Of a stretch of DNA of 64,000 bases, positions 1 to 16,627 are shown piece after piece (the stretch's first letter is position 1; the number at the start of each line of letters is the position of its first letter). The position numbers were made by a program, and so were the translations under genes. The notes below the pieces were generated by a model that did no database searches, was not told where the DNA came from, and saw only the letters and a list, made by a program, of their open reading frames with translations. The DNA comes from the human T2T-CHM13v2.0 reference genome, Homo sapiens, in the NCBI RefSeq assembly GCF_009914755.1, contig NC_060934.1, one strand, 5' to 3'.

Positions 1-699
1 GCTCCTACTCAGGAAATTTTAGGTTCTTCTCAGTTTTCTGGAATTGTGAAGTATAATAAGTGGAATATCCTTTTATATATGCCATCATACATTTAGTTAT
101 TCCTCTGGAAAAGAGATTAATCAGTTTTTGCACAAAGTGCAAAATCTGTTGCTTGAAAAGCACTGAACTGTGAATCAGGAAACCTAAAGTCTAGAGCTAG
201 TTTTCATTTCTTTCACTTCCTCTTTTCTGTCTCAGTATGCATGAAAGAAAATAAGAGAATAAGAAAGATGTCTAAGACTCTTCTAAGCTTTAAACTTCAA
301 CTCAACAAGTAAAAATATTCTTAAAAGTAACATATTAAAAACCATTTATATCTGGTTTTATCATGTATTTGTATGAAATTATAAATTTTAATCCATTGAT
401 TTAATCAAATACTTTTATTTATTCTCTCATAGGCTCTGTATGTTTGTCTAAATGATGGATGAAAGTCAGAATATATATTTTGTAGTTATTTGCATGTGAA
501 AACCTTAGCAGAGGATGTGGCATGTAAACCACAAACTACTTCCAGTCTTAGATTTTGTTAGGATTTTAGTAACATGATAGATTTTTTAAATACATAAACA
601 TAAACATTTCCTATTTTGTCACAAACAACACTACAAGGGTATTAAACTATACACAGACCTTCGGCAGGTAGTTGAAGTCTGAAAAGGATTTGAAAGGTG

Positions 700-880
700 A
701 TCTCAATTATTTTCATAGCATCTCTTGATGATGAGGTACAAATGGTTGGGATTATTCTTACCTCCGTTTTACAGATGAGAAAACTAAGGAACAGGAATGG
801 AGAAACTTGTCCAAGATTGTGCGGCAAGCCAATGTCAGAGACTCTTGGTTGAACTCAACATTCAACTTCCTGATCCAGGA
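700..880 (-). mobile_element. MIR SINE fragment
   Basis: Core 'ttttacagatgagaaaactaagg...acttgtccaagat' is the reverse of the MIR core; boundaries approximate. Confidence 0.6.
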
Positions 881-1268
881 CATTAGCTGCCAGCATCAAA
901 CATCAGAGAAATCTTAATATCAGTGACATCTACTTGCTGTAGTAGAGGCACAGGTTATTATAGCATCAAATGACATACTATGTTATAAATTTCCAAACTT
1001 TACTTTTAATGTTAATACATATTATTGATTATGGAGCATAGACATAGACCATTTATAATATATTGAAAGCCTAAAAACTCATACCATTTATTATGATAAA
1101 TGTATTTGTATAAATCGGAATTTATGTTGCATATATATTACAAATACAATAAATATTTATGAACATAGAATGCTTAGAAGAGCAAAAACCCCAAGACCCA
1201 CAGGGCATCATGGGTTACAATATTTTAAAATGGAGATATGATACACAATCCTTAAAAATCAAGATCTA

Positions 1269-1568
1269 GGCTGGGCGCGGTGGCTCACGCCTGTAATCCC
1301 AGCACTTTGGGAGGCTGAGGTGGGTGAATCACCAGAGGTCAGGAGTTCAAGACCAGCCTGGCCAACATGGTGAAACCCCATCTCTACTAAAAATACAAAA
1401 ATCAGATGGGCGTGATGGCACACGCCTATAATCCCAGCTACTCAGGAGGCTGAGGCAGGAAAATCACTTGAACCCAGGAGGCGGAGGTTGCAGTGAGCTG
1501 AGATCGTGTCACTTCACTTCAGTCTGGGTGACAAAGCGAGGCTCCGTCTCAAAAAATAAAAATAAATG
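1269..1568 (+). mobile_element. AluS (Sx/Sz-like), full length
   Basis: GGCTGGGCGCGGTGGCTCACGCC start, two arms, A-rich tail; TSD aaaatcaagat(c/t)ta at 1255-1268 and 1569-1582. Confidence 0.97.
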
Positions 1569-4500
1569 AAAATCAAGATTTAGAATAATATTTAATAACA
1601 AAAATATTTGTGCAATATTAAGTGAGAAAACAACTTACAAATAGTGGACATTGTAGAATACCAATTTTATAAAATCTAGCTCTAGATAAAGCACCTAGGG
1701 ATATTCCTAGAACAAAAATGAAGAGTCTACAGAGGAAAAACGATTATTGAGGATTTCCTTCATATATGTATATGAGATATATATATCACATATTTATGAT
1801 CTTTTTTCTGAATTTTCCATATTTTTACTTTAAATCATTGATCCTGATTATATTCAGTACAAATAATAAGAACATACACCAAATTCTATTTTCCTGACTG
1901 TGAATAATTATTGGTATCTTAAATCGATTTTGAAATTAATTACCACTTAGCTAATTGCTTCATATCAGTATCCAAATTCAAGACATATTTTTCTAAAACA
2001 GAATCACACTAAAATAAGTTGCTTATCTTGACAACTTTTCTAGTCTCAGATCCTAAGATAAAAATGGCTGCTCCCTCACAGATCTCCTTCCATGTGGCAA
2101 TGGCATCAGGTTGAAATATTGAGCAAGAGCAATTCCTGAAGCATAATTTACGTACCACAGTCAGTGAGGATTTCCATAGGTCTTCAATACCGCAAAAGAT
2201 CCCTAGCCTCTGTGCTCAGTACAACCCAAAAATTTCCCTTTGTGGTTTCATCTTTACTGCATTAAACATGCCCACTCTCTACCCGAGACTTAAACTGAAA
2301 GTGAAGCTAACTGAATTTCAGGTCATAGCGCTTCTAATTATGGTTTGTCACAATTCTTATATTTTGTAATTATAATATCATTATCAGGAACAAGAGGTCC
2401 CTTAGAGAAGAGTGGAGGCACTTACAGTTCAATATCAGTTTGTTCCTCAAATATACATGGTTGGACTTCCGCTGGGTTTTGCGCCCCTAAGAATGCAATT
2501 ATTCTCCAGTATTATTTTGTCTGTTTCCCAAGAAGTGTTTAATGAGCTATATAACTGTTCTTAAATACAATACCTCAATTTATTTTTTTATTAATTAACC
2601 AAGGGATTTGTCACTCCTCAGTACGAATTCTCTTACTGACCAGAATCTTCAATTTAATTATTTTCTTTAAGGAAGAGCAGAGTTCTCAGTCATTCTCTCT
2701 ACATTCATTCCACATCTCTGTACTGATTTTACCTTCTCTTTCTGATGTATAAAACAGCAAAGCAACTAAGAACTTGCTGAAATGTGATTCTCTTGGCAGC
2801 CATCTTTGCATTATTACCCAAAATAAGTTCCATCCTTTCGCATCATAAGCATCACAACTACTTCAACTACTCCTCAGCTATTAGCAGAACTCTGGGGAGG
2901 TGTTATGGCTTCACACATCTTGAAGAATTTTAAGTTTAGTGAAAACTGAAAATGACCAGCCAGATGAGAAACCTAGAAATCTTTTGATATGGTATTTCAC
3001 TAGAGAGTCAAGGTATTTTTAGAAAAAAAGATCTGGCAAAGACAAAGCAATAGTATCAATAGCTGAAGATTTACAGGAAGATCATTTGAGTCAAAATGAA
3101 ATATTAAATCAATTAATTCAACCATTGTGCCACACAGCAAATAGATCTGCTCCATGCACTTGGCAAACCTGAGACAATAATTAGAGTAAAACAAATATTG
3201 ACTTCCTCTAAGAAGAATTTGTTTCAAACCCAGAAATTTAAAAAAAGTAGACATATATCACCCCATCCTTAAAAACTTTCCATCAAAGGCAGGAAATATA
3301 TGTCAGCAAGGGTATAGTAGAGCTTTTTAGCTGGGATGCGTTGTTGAATTTCATGACCTCTATGACCCATCTAAAATTCTAAAATTAAGAACTTTTCAGT
3401 GAAAAGCTTCTCATGTCTCCTTTCATAAAACCAAAGTATTTGAGAACTAGCTAGAAGATGATCCATAGAAGACCAATCTTCTGTATTTCTGCAGACGTGA
3501 GTGGCCCTCAGAGAGTGTAGGACATATTTAACCTGTATCTATATTAGAAATCTTACATCCAGGAGATGCTGTAGTATTAGAATAATGTATAGAGGACTAG
3601 ATTAGGAATCAGGAGGCTGAATTCACTACTTATTGGAGAGCTGGATGACATTTTAATAAATTACTTCTCTGAACTTCAGTTTCCTCAATGTGGTTCTGAG
3701 GATAATAGTATCTGCCTGGCTTTCTTCCAAAGATCATGGTTAAGTACTTTCAAAGCCATCAAATAGTACAAAAATGCAAAAGAAAGTAATCACATGACTT
3801 TTCTGAAAATTGAGTTGAAGGGACATTTAACGTGGGACTACTACTAAATTCATATTCAAAGAGCTATCTCCCAAAAAAGCAACAATATCAATTTATATCC
3901 CAAATAATTGATGCAGCTTATAAAATCACAACATGCTTGACTCATAGTCCACAGAATCTTCCAGTGACACTTGACACAATTGTTTTTACAAAATGAATAA
4001 AAAAGCCATGATGTTGTTGGTTTGCACCCTGAAGTTTCCTTTCCAACATCTGCGAAAATAATAAACCAATTAATTATGAAACCATCTGGAACAAAATATT
4101 TTTTAAACCTCTCCCTGAATAATTGGCACTATAATAGATGACATGTCAGAACAATATTAACAAAACCATTCTCATTAAAGAAAGAAGGAAAAGAATTTGT
4201 ATGAAGAAAATAATAACTGCTTGTAATCAAAGTGGGGTCACATGCTGATCCACAGCTGAGATAGGCTGAGCATCCATCGTTATGCATATTTGAGACACAA
4301 GCTGAGATTCTCAGCTGGTGCATTACTTAGTGACCTTGGGCAAGACATTCACTCCTACAGGACACTATCCTCTTCAATAAAAACATGAATTTTTAACTAT
4401 CAGCCCATACTACAGAGCCACAAAATAAATGAAGAAATCCAAGAAAATGTTAGTTGCAAGGCTTTACCCAAGTTATTCATCTAGTTTGAGAAAATAGAAA

Positions 4501-5242
4501 AAATTCAAAACCTACCACTCACAATCTGTTACTGATACTCTCAGGGTATCTTCTAACCATCTTATCTACTTTGTATGAATAGCAAGATAGTAAAATATGG
4601 TAACTAAGAATAAAGTAAATCTGCTTTGAATTATAAATCTCAAAATTACTGTATAATCTTGATCTTGCTAGCTGTTGACATTTCTAATACTCCATTATTC
4701 ATTTGAAAGTTGAAAATTATTGCAGTAAAATATTCAAAGACTTATATGAGAATTAAAATAATTCATATAACCCTTGTGCCTTTTTCTCTTTTTCCCTTGT
4801 GCCTTTTAAGCATGTAAAACATTTAAGCAGAAATACTTGCCATAAAATATTAATCATCTTAATTTTTAATTATTTTCTTATAAAATTATAATAAAACAAT
4901 TTTTTCTCCTCTTTTGACATCCTTTCTTAAAATTTGTTAAATTTAGAAATCAATTTTCTAATCAAATTTAAAAATCCTATAAAAACTGGAAAGTTATCAA
5001 TAATTACATTTAAGCAAAATAAAACACATAAAAACAAAATATCTATATACTTTTATTAGGTTAGCAAGAAAATCTCATTATAAGAAAATATTTGTGCCAG
5101 ACTTGGCTCTGCTACTCAAATGCCCTCATCTCTTTGTAAATTACTTAAATTTTCTCATTGTATCATTTTAAACATGGAAAAACTATGTACTTTTCTCAAA
5201 TAATGGTCATCAAAATCAAAGACCTATACTATCTTTGGATTC

Positions 5243-5532
5243 TTTTTTTTTTTTTTTTTTTTTGAGATGGAGTTTTCCTCTTTCACCCAGGCTGGAGTGC
5301 AGTGGCACAATCTCAGCTCACCACAACCTCCGCCTTCTGCTTTCAAGCGATTCTCCCGCCTCAGCCCCCTGAGTAGCCGGGATTACAGGTGACCGCCACC
5401 ACACCTGGCTCATTTTTGTATTTTTAGTAGAGACGGAGTTTCACCATGTTGGCCAGGCTGGTCTCGAACTCCTGACCCTGTGATCCACCCGCCTCGGCCT
5501 CCCAAAGTGCTGGCATTACAGACGTGATCCAC
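5243..5532 (-). mobile_element. AluS, about 10 bp 5'-truncated
   Basis: Poly-T followed by reverse Alu body; TSD tggattct at 5236-5243 and 5533-5540. Confidence 0.95.
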
Positions 5533-5974
5533 TGGATTCTATTTAATCTGTATCAAGATCATAGTCACATTTTTAAATTAGAAATAGAAAAAACAATCCT
5601 AAAATTCTGCTCTATGAAGAAATGTTTACATATCCAACATAGTTAGAAGATAAAAGACATCAAACAATTATATAATCAAATATAACAATGTAAAACATGT
5701 ATTGTCTGGAAAAGATGTAAAAATTAAACCAGTTGCATAATAGTTGTAGAGTTTTATATTATAAAATCTTAATAAGCATAAACTAATGTCTTAATGCATT
5801 TCTTTTTAACTTTATGTTTTTAAATATAGGCATAGGAATTTACCAAACTAGTACATACAGTCCTTCCCATATTTCCTCAAAGGTAACATCTTATGTAACT
5901 ATGATACAATATCAAAAATGGAAAATTAACATTGATACAATACCGTTAACTAAACTGCAGACTCCTTTACTTTG

Positions 5975-6200
5975 CCATGCCACTAGTGATGTATGAGAGT
6001 TTCAGTTGCTTTACATCCTTGTCAACATTTGGATTCCCCTGTCTTTTTAAATTTTAGCAATTCTGATGAGTGGTATAGAGTGGTCTCACGGTGGTTTAAT
6101 CTGCATTTCCCTAATGACTATTGATGTTCAGCATCTTCTCACGTGCTTATTTGCCATTTTTATATTTTCGTAGATGAAGTGGCTAAATATTATGCCCCCT
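5975..6200 (-). mobile_element. Old L1M ORF2 3' fragment
   Basis: 'ggtttaatctgcatttccctaatgactattgatgttcagcatctt...gtgcttatttgccatt' is typical reverse L1M. Confidence 0.75.
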
Positions 6201-6234
6201 TTTTAATTTTTAGAAGTTAATTGTTAAACTTTTA

Positions 6235-7251
6235 TACAACTGTTTAGATTTACAAGAATATTGCAATGATATTACAAAGTTCCCATGTATCACAAGGCCA
6301 ATTATACCTATTGTTAACATCTTACATTGGTATAATACATGTGTCACAATGAATTAACTAATATTGATATATTAATAACTAAAGTCTATATTTTATTGAG
6401 ATTTTCTTGCTGCTCGCCTGATGTCTTTTTTATTGTTTCAGGTTTCCAATAAAGATAATACATTACATTTAGTTGTCATGTCTCCTTAGGTTTCTCTTGG
6501 CTACGAAAGTTTTTCAGACTTGCCTTGTTTTTGTTGGCCTGGAAAATTCCGAAGAGTACTTATCATGTGTCTTGTCAAATGTCCTTCTATTGAAATTTCT
6601 CTGATCTATTTCTTATTATTAGACTGAAGTTACAAATTTCAGGCTGTCACAGAAGTACTATATTGATCACATAACATATATATAATATTATACTATTGAC
6701 ATGACTTCTTACTGTTAATGCTGACATTGATCCCTTGACCAAGGTAGTATTGGTCAGGATTTTTCACTGTAAATTTATACTTTGTTTTCTCATTTCCATA
6801 CTGTACTCTTTAGAAATAAGCTACCACGTGCAGCCCACATGGAGTGGGATGGTATGCTTTATCTCTTGAGAGTATAGTACTTACATAAACTATTTGGAAA
6901 TCTTTGCCATAATAAGTTATTTTTATTATGAAATATTATTTATAATAATAATTATAAAATTTTATTCATTCATTCGTTTACATCACTATAGATTAATGGA
7001 TATTCATTTTATACTTTGGATTATATTTCAATACCACTTTATTTTATTTTTCACATTGGTCCACTTTGGCCCTTGGAAGCTCTTTCATTAGGCTCCTGTG
7101 CCCCTTTGACACACTCCCATCAGTGTATTTTTGTTTAAGAATTTTCTTAATTTCTGGCACCACATAATACTCAAGGCTTATCCTGTACATTTCCTGACCA
7201 TGTCCTATAATTAGCCATTCCTCTAACTAACATTTTAATGGGAAAATGGTA
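6235..7251 (-). mobile_element. Old L1MC/L1MD 3' UTR
   Basis: Begins 'tttagatttacaagaatattgcaa...agttcccat' and resembles the reverse of the L1MC-type 3' ends at 58-60 kb; breaks at the young L1PA tail. Confidence 0.65.
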
Positions 7252-9285
<2,034 letters not shown>

Positions 9286-9381
9286 AATTACAGTACAAAA
9301 AAAAAAGACAACACCTCTGTTGCTGTAAATCTCTCTGTCCAACTGTCATAAAACATCTCATGTATCTTTGGGTTTACTTAC

Positions 9382-9492
9382 AGAAGAAAGAGAAGAGAAG
9401 AGAAGATGGGAGAAAGGGAGGGAGGAAAGAAAGAAAATGAAAGAAAGAGAGGCAGGAAAGGAAGGGAGAAATAAAGAGAAAGAAAGAAAAAA
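9382..9492. repeat. GA-rich low-complexity polypurine tract
   Basis: About 110 bp of almost pure A/G. Confidence 0.85.
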
Positions 9493-10264
9493 TTAACTTT
9501 TTTTTTCTAGAGTAAATGTGAAAATGATGCTTTTTCCTCTGCTTTTCCTGAAGTCTCTGTGCAATTGTATCAGAAAATAAAGAGCGATTATCTACTTTTG
9601 ATTTCACAGAAGTATTTTACTCTTGGTTCTGAGAAGTTTGGGTTTGAATTTATGGACATACATGTTTTATAATTTTTGTCCAACGCAAAAACAAAAATCA
9701 GTAATGCAGCACTGATCAAAGTGGCTAAAGTAGTGTAAAAGAAACACATTCTGCAGGTATTAAAAATACATATAAAAGTGAGAATAGTTATTATGGTGCT
9801 TTGCAACTATGTGGTAGTAAAAATATTGTATTATTCATAGGTAGACATTTTATTTTTCACTTACTTTGCAGAGCTGATGACATTTGGAAGACACTAAGCT
9901 TCCTGAGGCTGGTGGATCTGATAGTTGGAGGTCTTAGGCTTCTAGAGCACCCTGGCTGTTTCTCTAATTTATAAGCTTATAAGCAATGGCCTACTTGCCA
10001 AAAATATTTAAAGCGGTTTACAGCACACTTGCTTTTCTACCAAGGCGGTGTTTTGCATGATCCTACGTCTTTTAGAAAACCTGAAGCTGGCCCTATTCAT
10101 CCCATGAAAGTGCACCTGATGGTCTAGGGTTAGTGAGGGATGAGATGGAGGCAGAGATCATCAGATTACTATTTTGAATGTAAAAATGTATAACAACTAG
10201 CAGCTGAATCACTGCACATTTGCATCAACCTCAAAACTTCCAAAATGATAGGCACATTCCAGGC

Positions 10265-10444
10265 CGGTCATTCTCAAATGTCTGTGTTCCAAGATCGCCT
10301 GGGAGCTTGTAAAAAATATAGGTGCCCCAAGCCTAGTCCCCAAAGTTTTCATTCAGGGACCTTGAATGACAACCAGAATTCTCAGTGTTTAACAAACACC
10401 TGATGTGCATCTGATGAACTAGAGTCCCATTTTGAGAAGTACTA
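10265..10444. mobile_element. MER5A-like hAT MITE
   Basis: 'ttctcaaa...cctgggagcttgtaaaaaat...ttaacaaacacc...ttgagaagtact' with inverted termini. Confidence 0.65.
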
Positions 10445-12065
10445 ACAGTGTTCTCTGACTGGTAGGTTAATACCTTTCACATGACTTGTTGATTTTAATC
10501 CATTGATCCCATGACACACACCCCCCTCCCCCCCGCCACCATTCTCCTTAAATTAATTTGCTTAGTCTATTGCGTGTGGCTAAATTGGCCCCACCTGTAA
10601 AGGTCACTGTACAAGAATACAGAGACCTGTAACTGCCCCCTACACCCTCAGCCATTCAGTAATAGCAATGGAAAGAGAAGCAGACATGGCAGAGATAAAG
10701 GGAGATTTCAATTAACCACCACAGAATATTTATAAACATTCGTATTACAACTCCTCTCTTTACTAGTTGAAGAATTTGATGTTCAGAGAGCTCAACTAAT
10801 TAAGTCAAGGACACACAAATGGGATAGGAAAGACAGCAAAATGAGGAAGGGAGATTATTGCAAACTGGACATTTGTCAAGTCTCAGTTTGAGGGGGCCAT
10901 TATAGATGTTAAGAAATCATTATTCCCTGAGGGGTCAAAGTTGGCCAATAGCTGACAGTGCTAAATAGTGTGGCTTTGAAAAGAAAATGGTAGTATTTGT
11001 TACTAAATCACAAATGAAAGCAACTAAAATGTGAACCTAAGAGGCTGGATTCATCTACTTAAAAAACCCTACCAAAGGGGTGTGTGTGCGCGCACACATT
11101 TGTCTATATCTACATGCATATGCGATAAATCTCCAGGCAAAGAGATTACTATCTTTTCCTAACAGAGAACAGCTGAGATGATGCTGATCAAAGGCTGGTA
11201 CCAGACATGCAGCCTCAATAATTAAAGTTTCCATTTATAACCTTGCTTCTAAGAGAATACAGGTTGATTATAAGTTTCTCAAGTCAAATAAATTAGCTTC
11301 ACATAATTCTAATTTCCAGGCTCCAGTCCCTCTCAAACCTATCTCTCCCAGCCATCTTGAAGCTAGTGTATAAGATTACCTTGCGTAGTCTGACTGGGAA
11401 TTGGAATCACGTGTTCTCAGTCAGATGGAGAAATGTAGCCCAGTGTGTTCAGGCATCTCAACCATAAAATATTGCTGGCATTATGCCATCAGCATGAACA
11501 TAAAATAGCATTTCATAAATTTCAACTTTCATCTCTATGTAAATTTAGCCAATGTATTTAAAAGAATAATTTATGAATATATTATAATGTTTGTCTATAA
11601 AGGCTTTTAAAAATTGTGTTTTAAATTATGGTTCAGAAGCACATTATTTCATTTTATAAAACCCAGTAATTGGCTGCATGTGGAGCTACAGAACAGAGAT
11701 CCATTTCCCATTTAAAGAAAATTGTAACCACTAAAACCTTTCTAAGCTAAAAACCTAAAAAGGGGGTGATGCTGAGCATAAAGGTACCAGAATTGAAATG
11801 TAATTTAAAATATAAAATGATTCTGAAAATGCACATTTTAAAAATTATTACATAATTGAGTAATATAAAATATAAAACCAATAATGATTGAAATGCTGAT
11901 ATTTATTCAGAATTGAGTTATATTCTAAGCATCACGCCAATGATCTTATTATTTCCCTCGTCATGATCTAGCACACTCTACAACATACAGTATATAAATT
12001 TAAGAGTACATTTATGATGATGGAAACACACATTTCATCATGCTTCTTTTAAAGGATATAGACTT

Positions 12066-12427
12066 TGTATCAGTCAGGGTTGTCCAGAGAAACACAACCA
12101 ATACGATGTGTTTGTAGTGACCATGGGAGCTGGCAGTTCTGAAATCCGTAGGTCTGGCCGGCAGCCTGGAAACTCTGGCAGGATTTCTGTTTTAGAGCCT
12201 TGAGGCAGAATTTATTCTCTGGGTAACCTCACTTTTGCCCTTAAGGTATTCTGCTGATTTGATGAGGCTTACCCATATTATCAAAGATAATTTCCCCTTT
12301 ACTATAGTCAACTAAGATAGATTGAATTACATCAACACAAAATTTAAAACTAATAGCTAGTATTTGACCAAATAACTGAGCACAATAGTCTAGCCAATTT
12401 GACACACACACAAAATTAATCATCGCA
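12066..12427 (-). mobile_element. MLT2D-like ERVL solo LTR
   Basis: TG...CA termini, 'agtcagggttgtccagagaaac' end motif, perfect 5-bp TSD gactt (12061-12065 and 12428-12432). Confidence 0.88.
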
Positions 12428-12539
12428 GACTTTGAAGGGGGAAAAAATGCCTCATGTTGAAAACTATTGGGGGTGGAAAGCTTCTGGGACAAATATGCTC
12501 CAATATTTTTATAATTTAACAAAATAGAAGCTTAATTTT

Positions 12540-12900
12540 TATTCTTATAACAGCCCTATGTGTTATTCTAGGTTGATGATTTATTCTTTCTGCACATGGA
12601 TATTTAAAGATCTAAGTTCCTTTCATCCTTGGCTTCCACATTCCCACAGGGCCTCTTTGTCCTCTGTGGTCAGCAAACTATATAGGAAAGATAATGTTGA
12701 ATGTGCACAGTCACTTCTTCAAAGCTTTGCCGCAGAAGCTACAAGCATTATTTCCACTCACATTTCAATGGCAAGAAGTAATCACATAGCCATCCTTAGA
12801 AGCAAGTGGGCTGGGCAATGTGATTGGTACCTAGACAGTCCATTTTTTTGCAAAATCTCTCTACTCTGAAAGGAATACACATTTTGTTAGCCATCTATAC
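12540..12900 (-). mobile_element. MLT1J/K-like MaLR LTR fragment
   Basis: 'ttccactcacatttcaatggcaagaagtaatcacatagcc...gggctgggcaatgtg' motif. Confidence 0.5.
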
Positions 12901-13267
12901 ACCTAAGACAGAAAGGGGATCTCAGGACATCTAAACATCAGAAAATTGTTTACAAATGAGACTCTGTGTCATCATCACTGTGTCTAGGGAGTTTATTTTA
13001 AAATGCATATTCCTGTGGCTCTTGACTCATGAATCAACATTTAGGAAGTCTGTGGTAGGGTCTACAAATGAGATCACCCTGACACAGCCGAACCAGGCCA
13101 CTTAATTCAAATCCTTCATCTACCTATAAGTGGGGGCATAGACTATGTCTTGCATGGATACTTATCTTTGAACACAAATACAGTCAAACGTACTGATCAT
13201 ATAAATCCTACTCTGTCTCCAGAAATATTCATTTTAACAAATTTCCCAGATGATTATATTAACTAAT

Positions 13268-13490
13268 TTTTATTGAGCATAGAAGATGTAAGTACTTTCT
13301 AGAAGTGTCATATGAATTACCTCATTTGTTCTGCACAGAAACATTACAAGTTAGCTATAATTAACCAAATTTTATGAATGGGAAAATTGAGGCACCAAAA
13401 TATTAAATTAAATGAAAAAGTTATACTGGCAGATGGCAGAGATGGGATTTAAACCCAGGTAGTGTGACTCCAAAGCCTGCATCTTTCCTA
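13268..13490 (-). mobile_element. MIR
   Basis: 'gaaaattgaggcacc...gatggcagagatgggatttaaacccaggtagtgtgactccaaagcc'. Confidence 0.75.
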
Positions 13491-13739
13491 GCACCCGATA
13501 TCTAGGTAATCCTGAAACACTTTGTCTAAAATACATTGAGTAAAGGAAAGCAATGAAGAAGGTTGAGATTGTACAAGATTTTTGTTGAGAATCTCTGTAG
13601 TATATAACATGTTCTTTACTCTTCCTCTCTCACTTAAATCATCCAAACAAGCCCTCTGAATCCCAACTCTGTAACTCCTCTTCTGATTGTTTTAAAAGCA
13701 CATGTTATATCCTAAAACAAACAGATAATCTTTCTCTGA

Positions 13740-14250
13740 AAATTGTCTTTTTCCAGTGTTACACATCAAAACAAATGGTTACAACTCCCACAGGTATTAC
13801 AAGCTTCTCATCTGGGAATCATGTTCAACACATTTTTCACCAACTTTCTCCACCATGTCAATCCAACAATAAATTAGTCTAACAATTTATCTCCAAAATC
13901 CTCCTTAAAACCATGCATTCTCCATTTCCACTATCAATTCCCAAGTCTACGTCATCATCACATTGCTTTGGCAACTGCAAACGATTCCAACTGGACTCTA
14001 ACTCTCCCACCTGCCAATCTATTCATTATGTTGTAGCAAAAGTGATCTTTCTAGCATGTAATACCTAAAGCCCTAAATTCTTAACGTTTATTGGCAAACT
14101 CTCTATGTGCCGGCCTTGCCTGTTAATCAGTCTTGCCTGTCAACCCTCCATTTGCCAGTCTTCCAATCAGACCACGCTTCTCATCTTTCCAACTTTAAGC
14201 CATCTCCTTTGATGTTAACATCTTTGTATGCAGGCCTCTCTGCCTACAGT
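13740..14250 (+). mobile_element. L2 fragment
   Basis: C/T-rich L2-like text ('tctccatttccactatc...catcatc...gcaaaagtgatctttct'). Confidence 0.55.
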
Positions 14251-14257
14251 TCTCCCT

Positions 14258-14597
14258 TGCCCTGGTCTGAATGTTGTTTCCCCCCAAAAGTCAAATGTTG
14301 CAACCTAATCACCAATGTGATAGTATTGGGAGGTGATTAGATCATGAAGACTGTCTCATAAATGGGATCAATGCCCTTATAAAAGAGGCTCCAGATGACT
14401 ACCTTGACTATTCTGCCATATTAGGAACACAGAATGCACCATCTGTGAACCAGGAAGTGAACCCTAACCAGAAAATAAAACTGCTGGTGTCTCAGTCTTA
14501 GATTTCCCAGCTTCTAGAACTGTGAGAAGCAAGTATCTGTTGTTTACAAGCCACCATCTATGGCATCCTGTTATAACAGCCACAAGGGATGAAGACA
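14258..14597 (+). mobile_element. MLT1A0-like MaLR solo LTR
   Basis: 'tggtctgaatgtt...cccttataaaagaggc...ttcccagcttctagaactgtgaga...gaagaca'; flanked by ccct(t). Confidence 0.85.
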
Positions 14598-15749
14598 CCC
14601 TTTAATTCAATCTGGATGGTTACTTAAATACTCCAAATGTCATCATCTATAAAATTGGACTTAAATGCCACCAATTGGGAGTGATTAGTTTAAAAATGAA
14701 ATAAAATCTGTGGTTGGTATATAAAAGGTTTTCAATGATTTTTTTCCTGATACGTTCCAGCTTTTTAAATGCTATCCAACACAGATATAAAATATATATC
14801 AATTTGCTTGTTTCTCTAATCATGATTTTATTAAATCACTAAGTTAGAAAGAACATTTAAATAATTTATTTACCTTTATTCAGAAATTTATTAAAATCAC
14901 AGTGCATCTTTATCTGAAGGAGGCTCGTAGCAGTTTAAAATTACCGTCAAATTAATACTATCTTTAAGCATTGTATCTTTTCCAAATAAAGGTCCTGAAC
15001 TCCTATCATTTTCAACACAATTGCTTTGTTATGGAATCATTAATAAAATATGCACATCTTTGTAGGCCCTGACATGAAAAAAACAAGTTTCAAATAAGTG
15101 AACAGGTTAAAAAATATATTAACTACTGTCTAATTTGAAAGAGCAAATGGCAGCATTCAAATATTTTAAAATGAATTGAACTTTTGTATTAGTATAACAA
15201 TTGGAAGCATAACCAAATTCTTATTGAGGTAAGATCAATCTTAACCATACACATTGTTAAGAAAATTGGCTTACTGAAGAATCAAAGACATAGTATGTAA
15301 GAAATATCCATCTCTGAGTACACCCAACTTGGTAAAGCAAGGAGGTAGAATATTGGAAGAATAGTGTAGACTTGTGAAAAGAGAAAAAGAAGATACTGAA
15401 GATAATCAAACAACAAAAGTAATGACAACAATTGTGTTATTTATGCTAAGTTTAAATGATTGGATGTTAGCTGATTTTAGAAAAATCAAAACAAATGATT
15501 TTGTTTATGATACTAATAATTGGAAGAATTGAGTTTTCTTTTTAAATTAGCTTCAAGAAATTATAATTATTAAAACACAGTACTTAATAGTATATTAAAT
15601 TCCTTTGGGGGAGTCTTTGTAATTCTCAATTGCGTCAACTAGGAAGTGTTTAGATGGGTGGAATTATAATTTTAGTGGAGAGAACTGTATACAGATGATG
15701 GAGACAAAGGATAGAGCATCAGTCATGATTTCTACAGTACCATGTCTAA

Positions 15750-16070
15750 GACACAGGGCTTTAGACTGAGATAGATATAGGTTCAATTTCACAACTTACA
15801 CTTCAAGGCTGTGCGAATTTCACCAATTATGTAATTTTTCTAAGCCTTGATTTCTTCAGCTGGAAAATAAAGATAATGTTACCTATTAATTTGTTTATTT
15901 TGAATATCAAATAAGGTTATCATGTAATGTGGCAGAACCAGAATTACTACTGGGGTCCAATGCCAGAACCCCTAGTCGTAAAAGGATGATGCTACACCCA
16001 CCTTTCCAGTCTACCTACATGATTTGAATGCATGCAAGTGTGCTTGGCACATAGTAAGTACTCAGTAAAG
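15750..16070 (+). mobile_element. MIR (interrupted)
   Basis: 'gggctttagactgagatagat...' start and 'tggcacatagtaagtactcagtaaa' end. Confidence 0.6.
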
Positions 16071-16075
16071 GTGAG

Positions 16076-16154
16076 TAGAGGCAGAAATACCATTGAACTC
16101 AGCAATCCCATTACTGGGTATATACCTAAAGGAATACAAATCATTCTATCATAA
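16076..16154 (+). mobile_element. 79-bp internal L1PA ORF2 fragment
   Basis: 72/79 identical to 17052-17130 of the neighbouring L1. Confidence 0.9.
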
Positions 16155-16627
16155 TCCAGAATAATTTTACATTTGTGGCATTTGATCAAAATTGATCAAG
16201 ACAAGAAATACCCAACTTTGGTCTAGCATGTCACCTTCAGAGATTGAAAACTGCATGTGAGATCCAGGAGGAAGTCAGATGAGGCTTGGAAAAGAAGAAA
16301 ATAATTGGTGTGAACATCAGCAAGTTACCCATTTCCCGGAGGCACTTGCAGAGGTAACGTGGTATGTTATAAGCTTCAGTTTTATTTTTTGTCTTTTTAT
16401 TGCTTTACTCATCCCAAGCAAATGTCAGCCTCTCAAACTAGCACTTCTATAGGGAGTTAAAGTAGCTTGCCCTATGATAAAGGCTTCCAATTCATCTGGT
16501 CCTGGGAAGAAGTCTATGGTTTACAAGTCAATCTCACATTTTATACTAATTGAAAAAGTTTTACCCCTACATTTTTGAGAAACTATATTTTATATATGCT
16601 AGAGGAGATCATTATTTTAAAAGGTTA

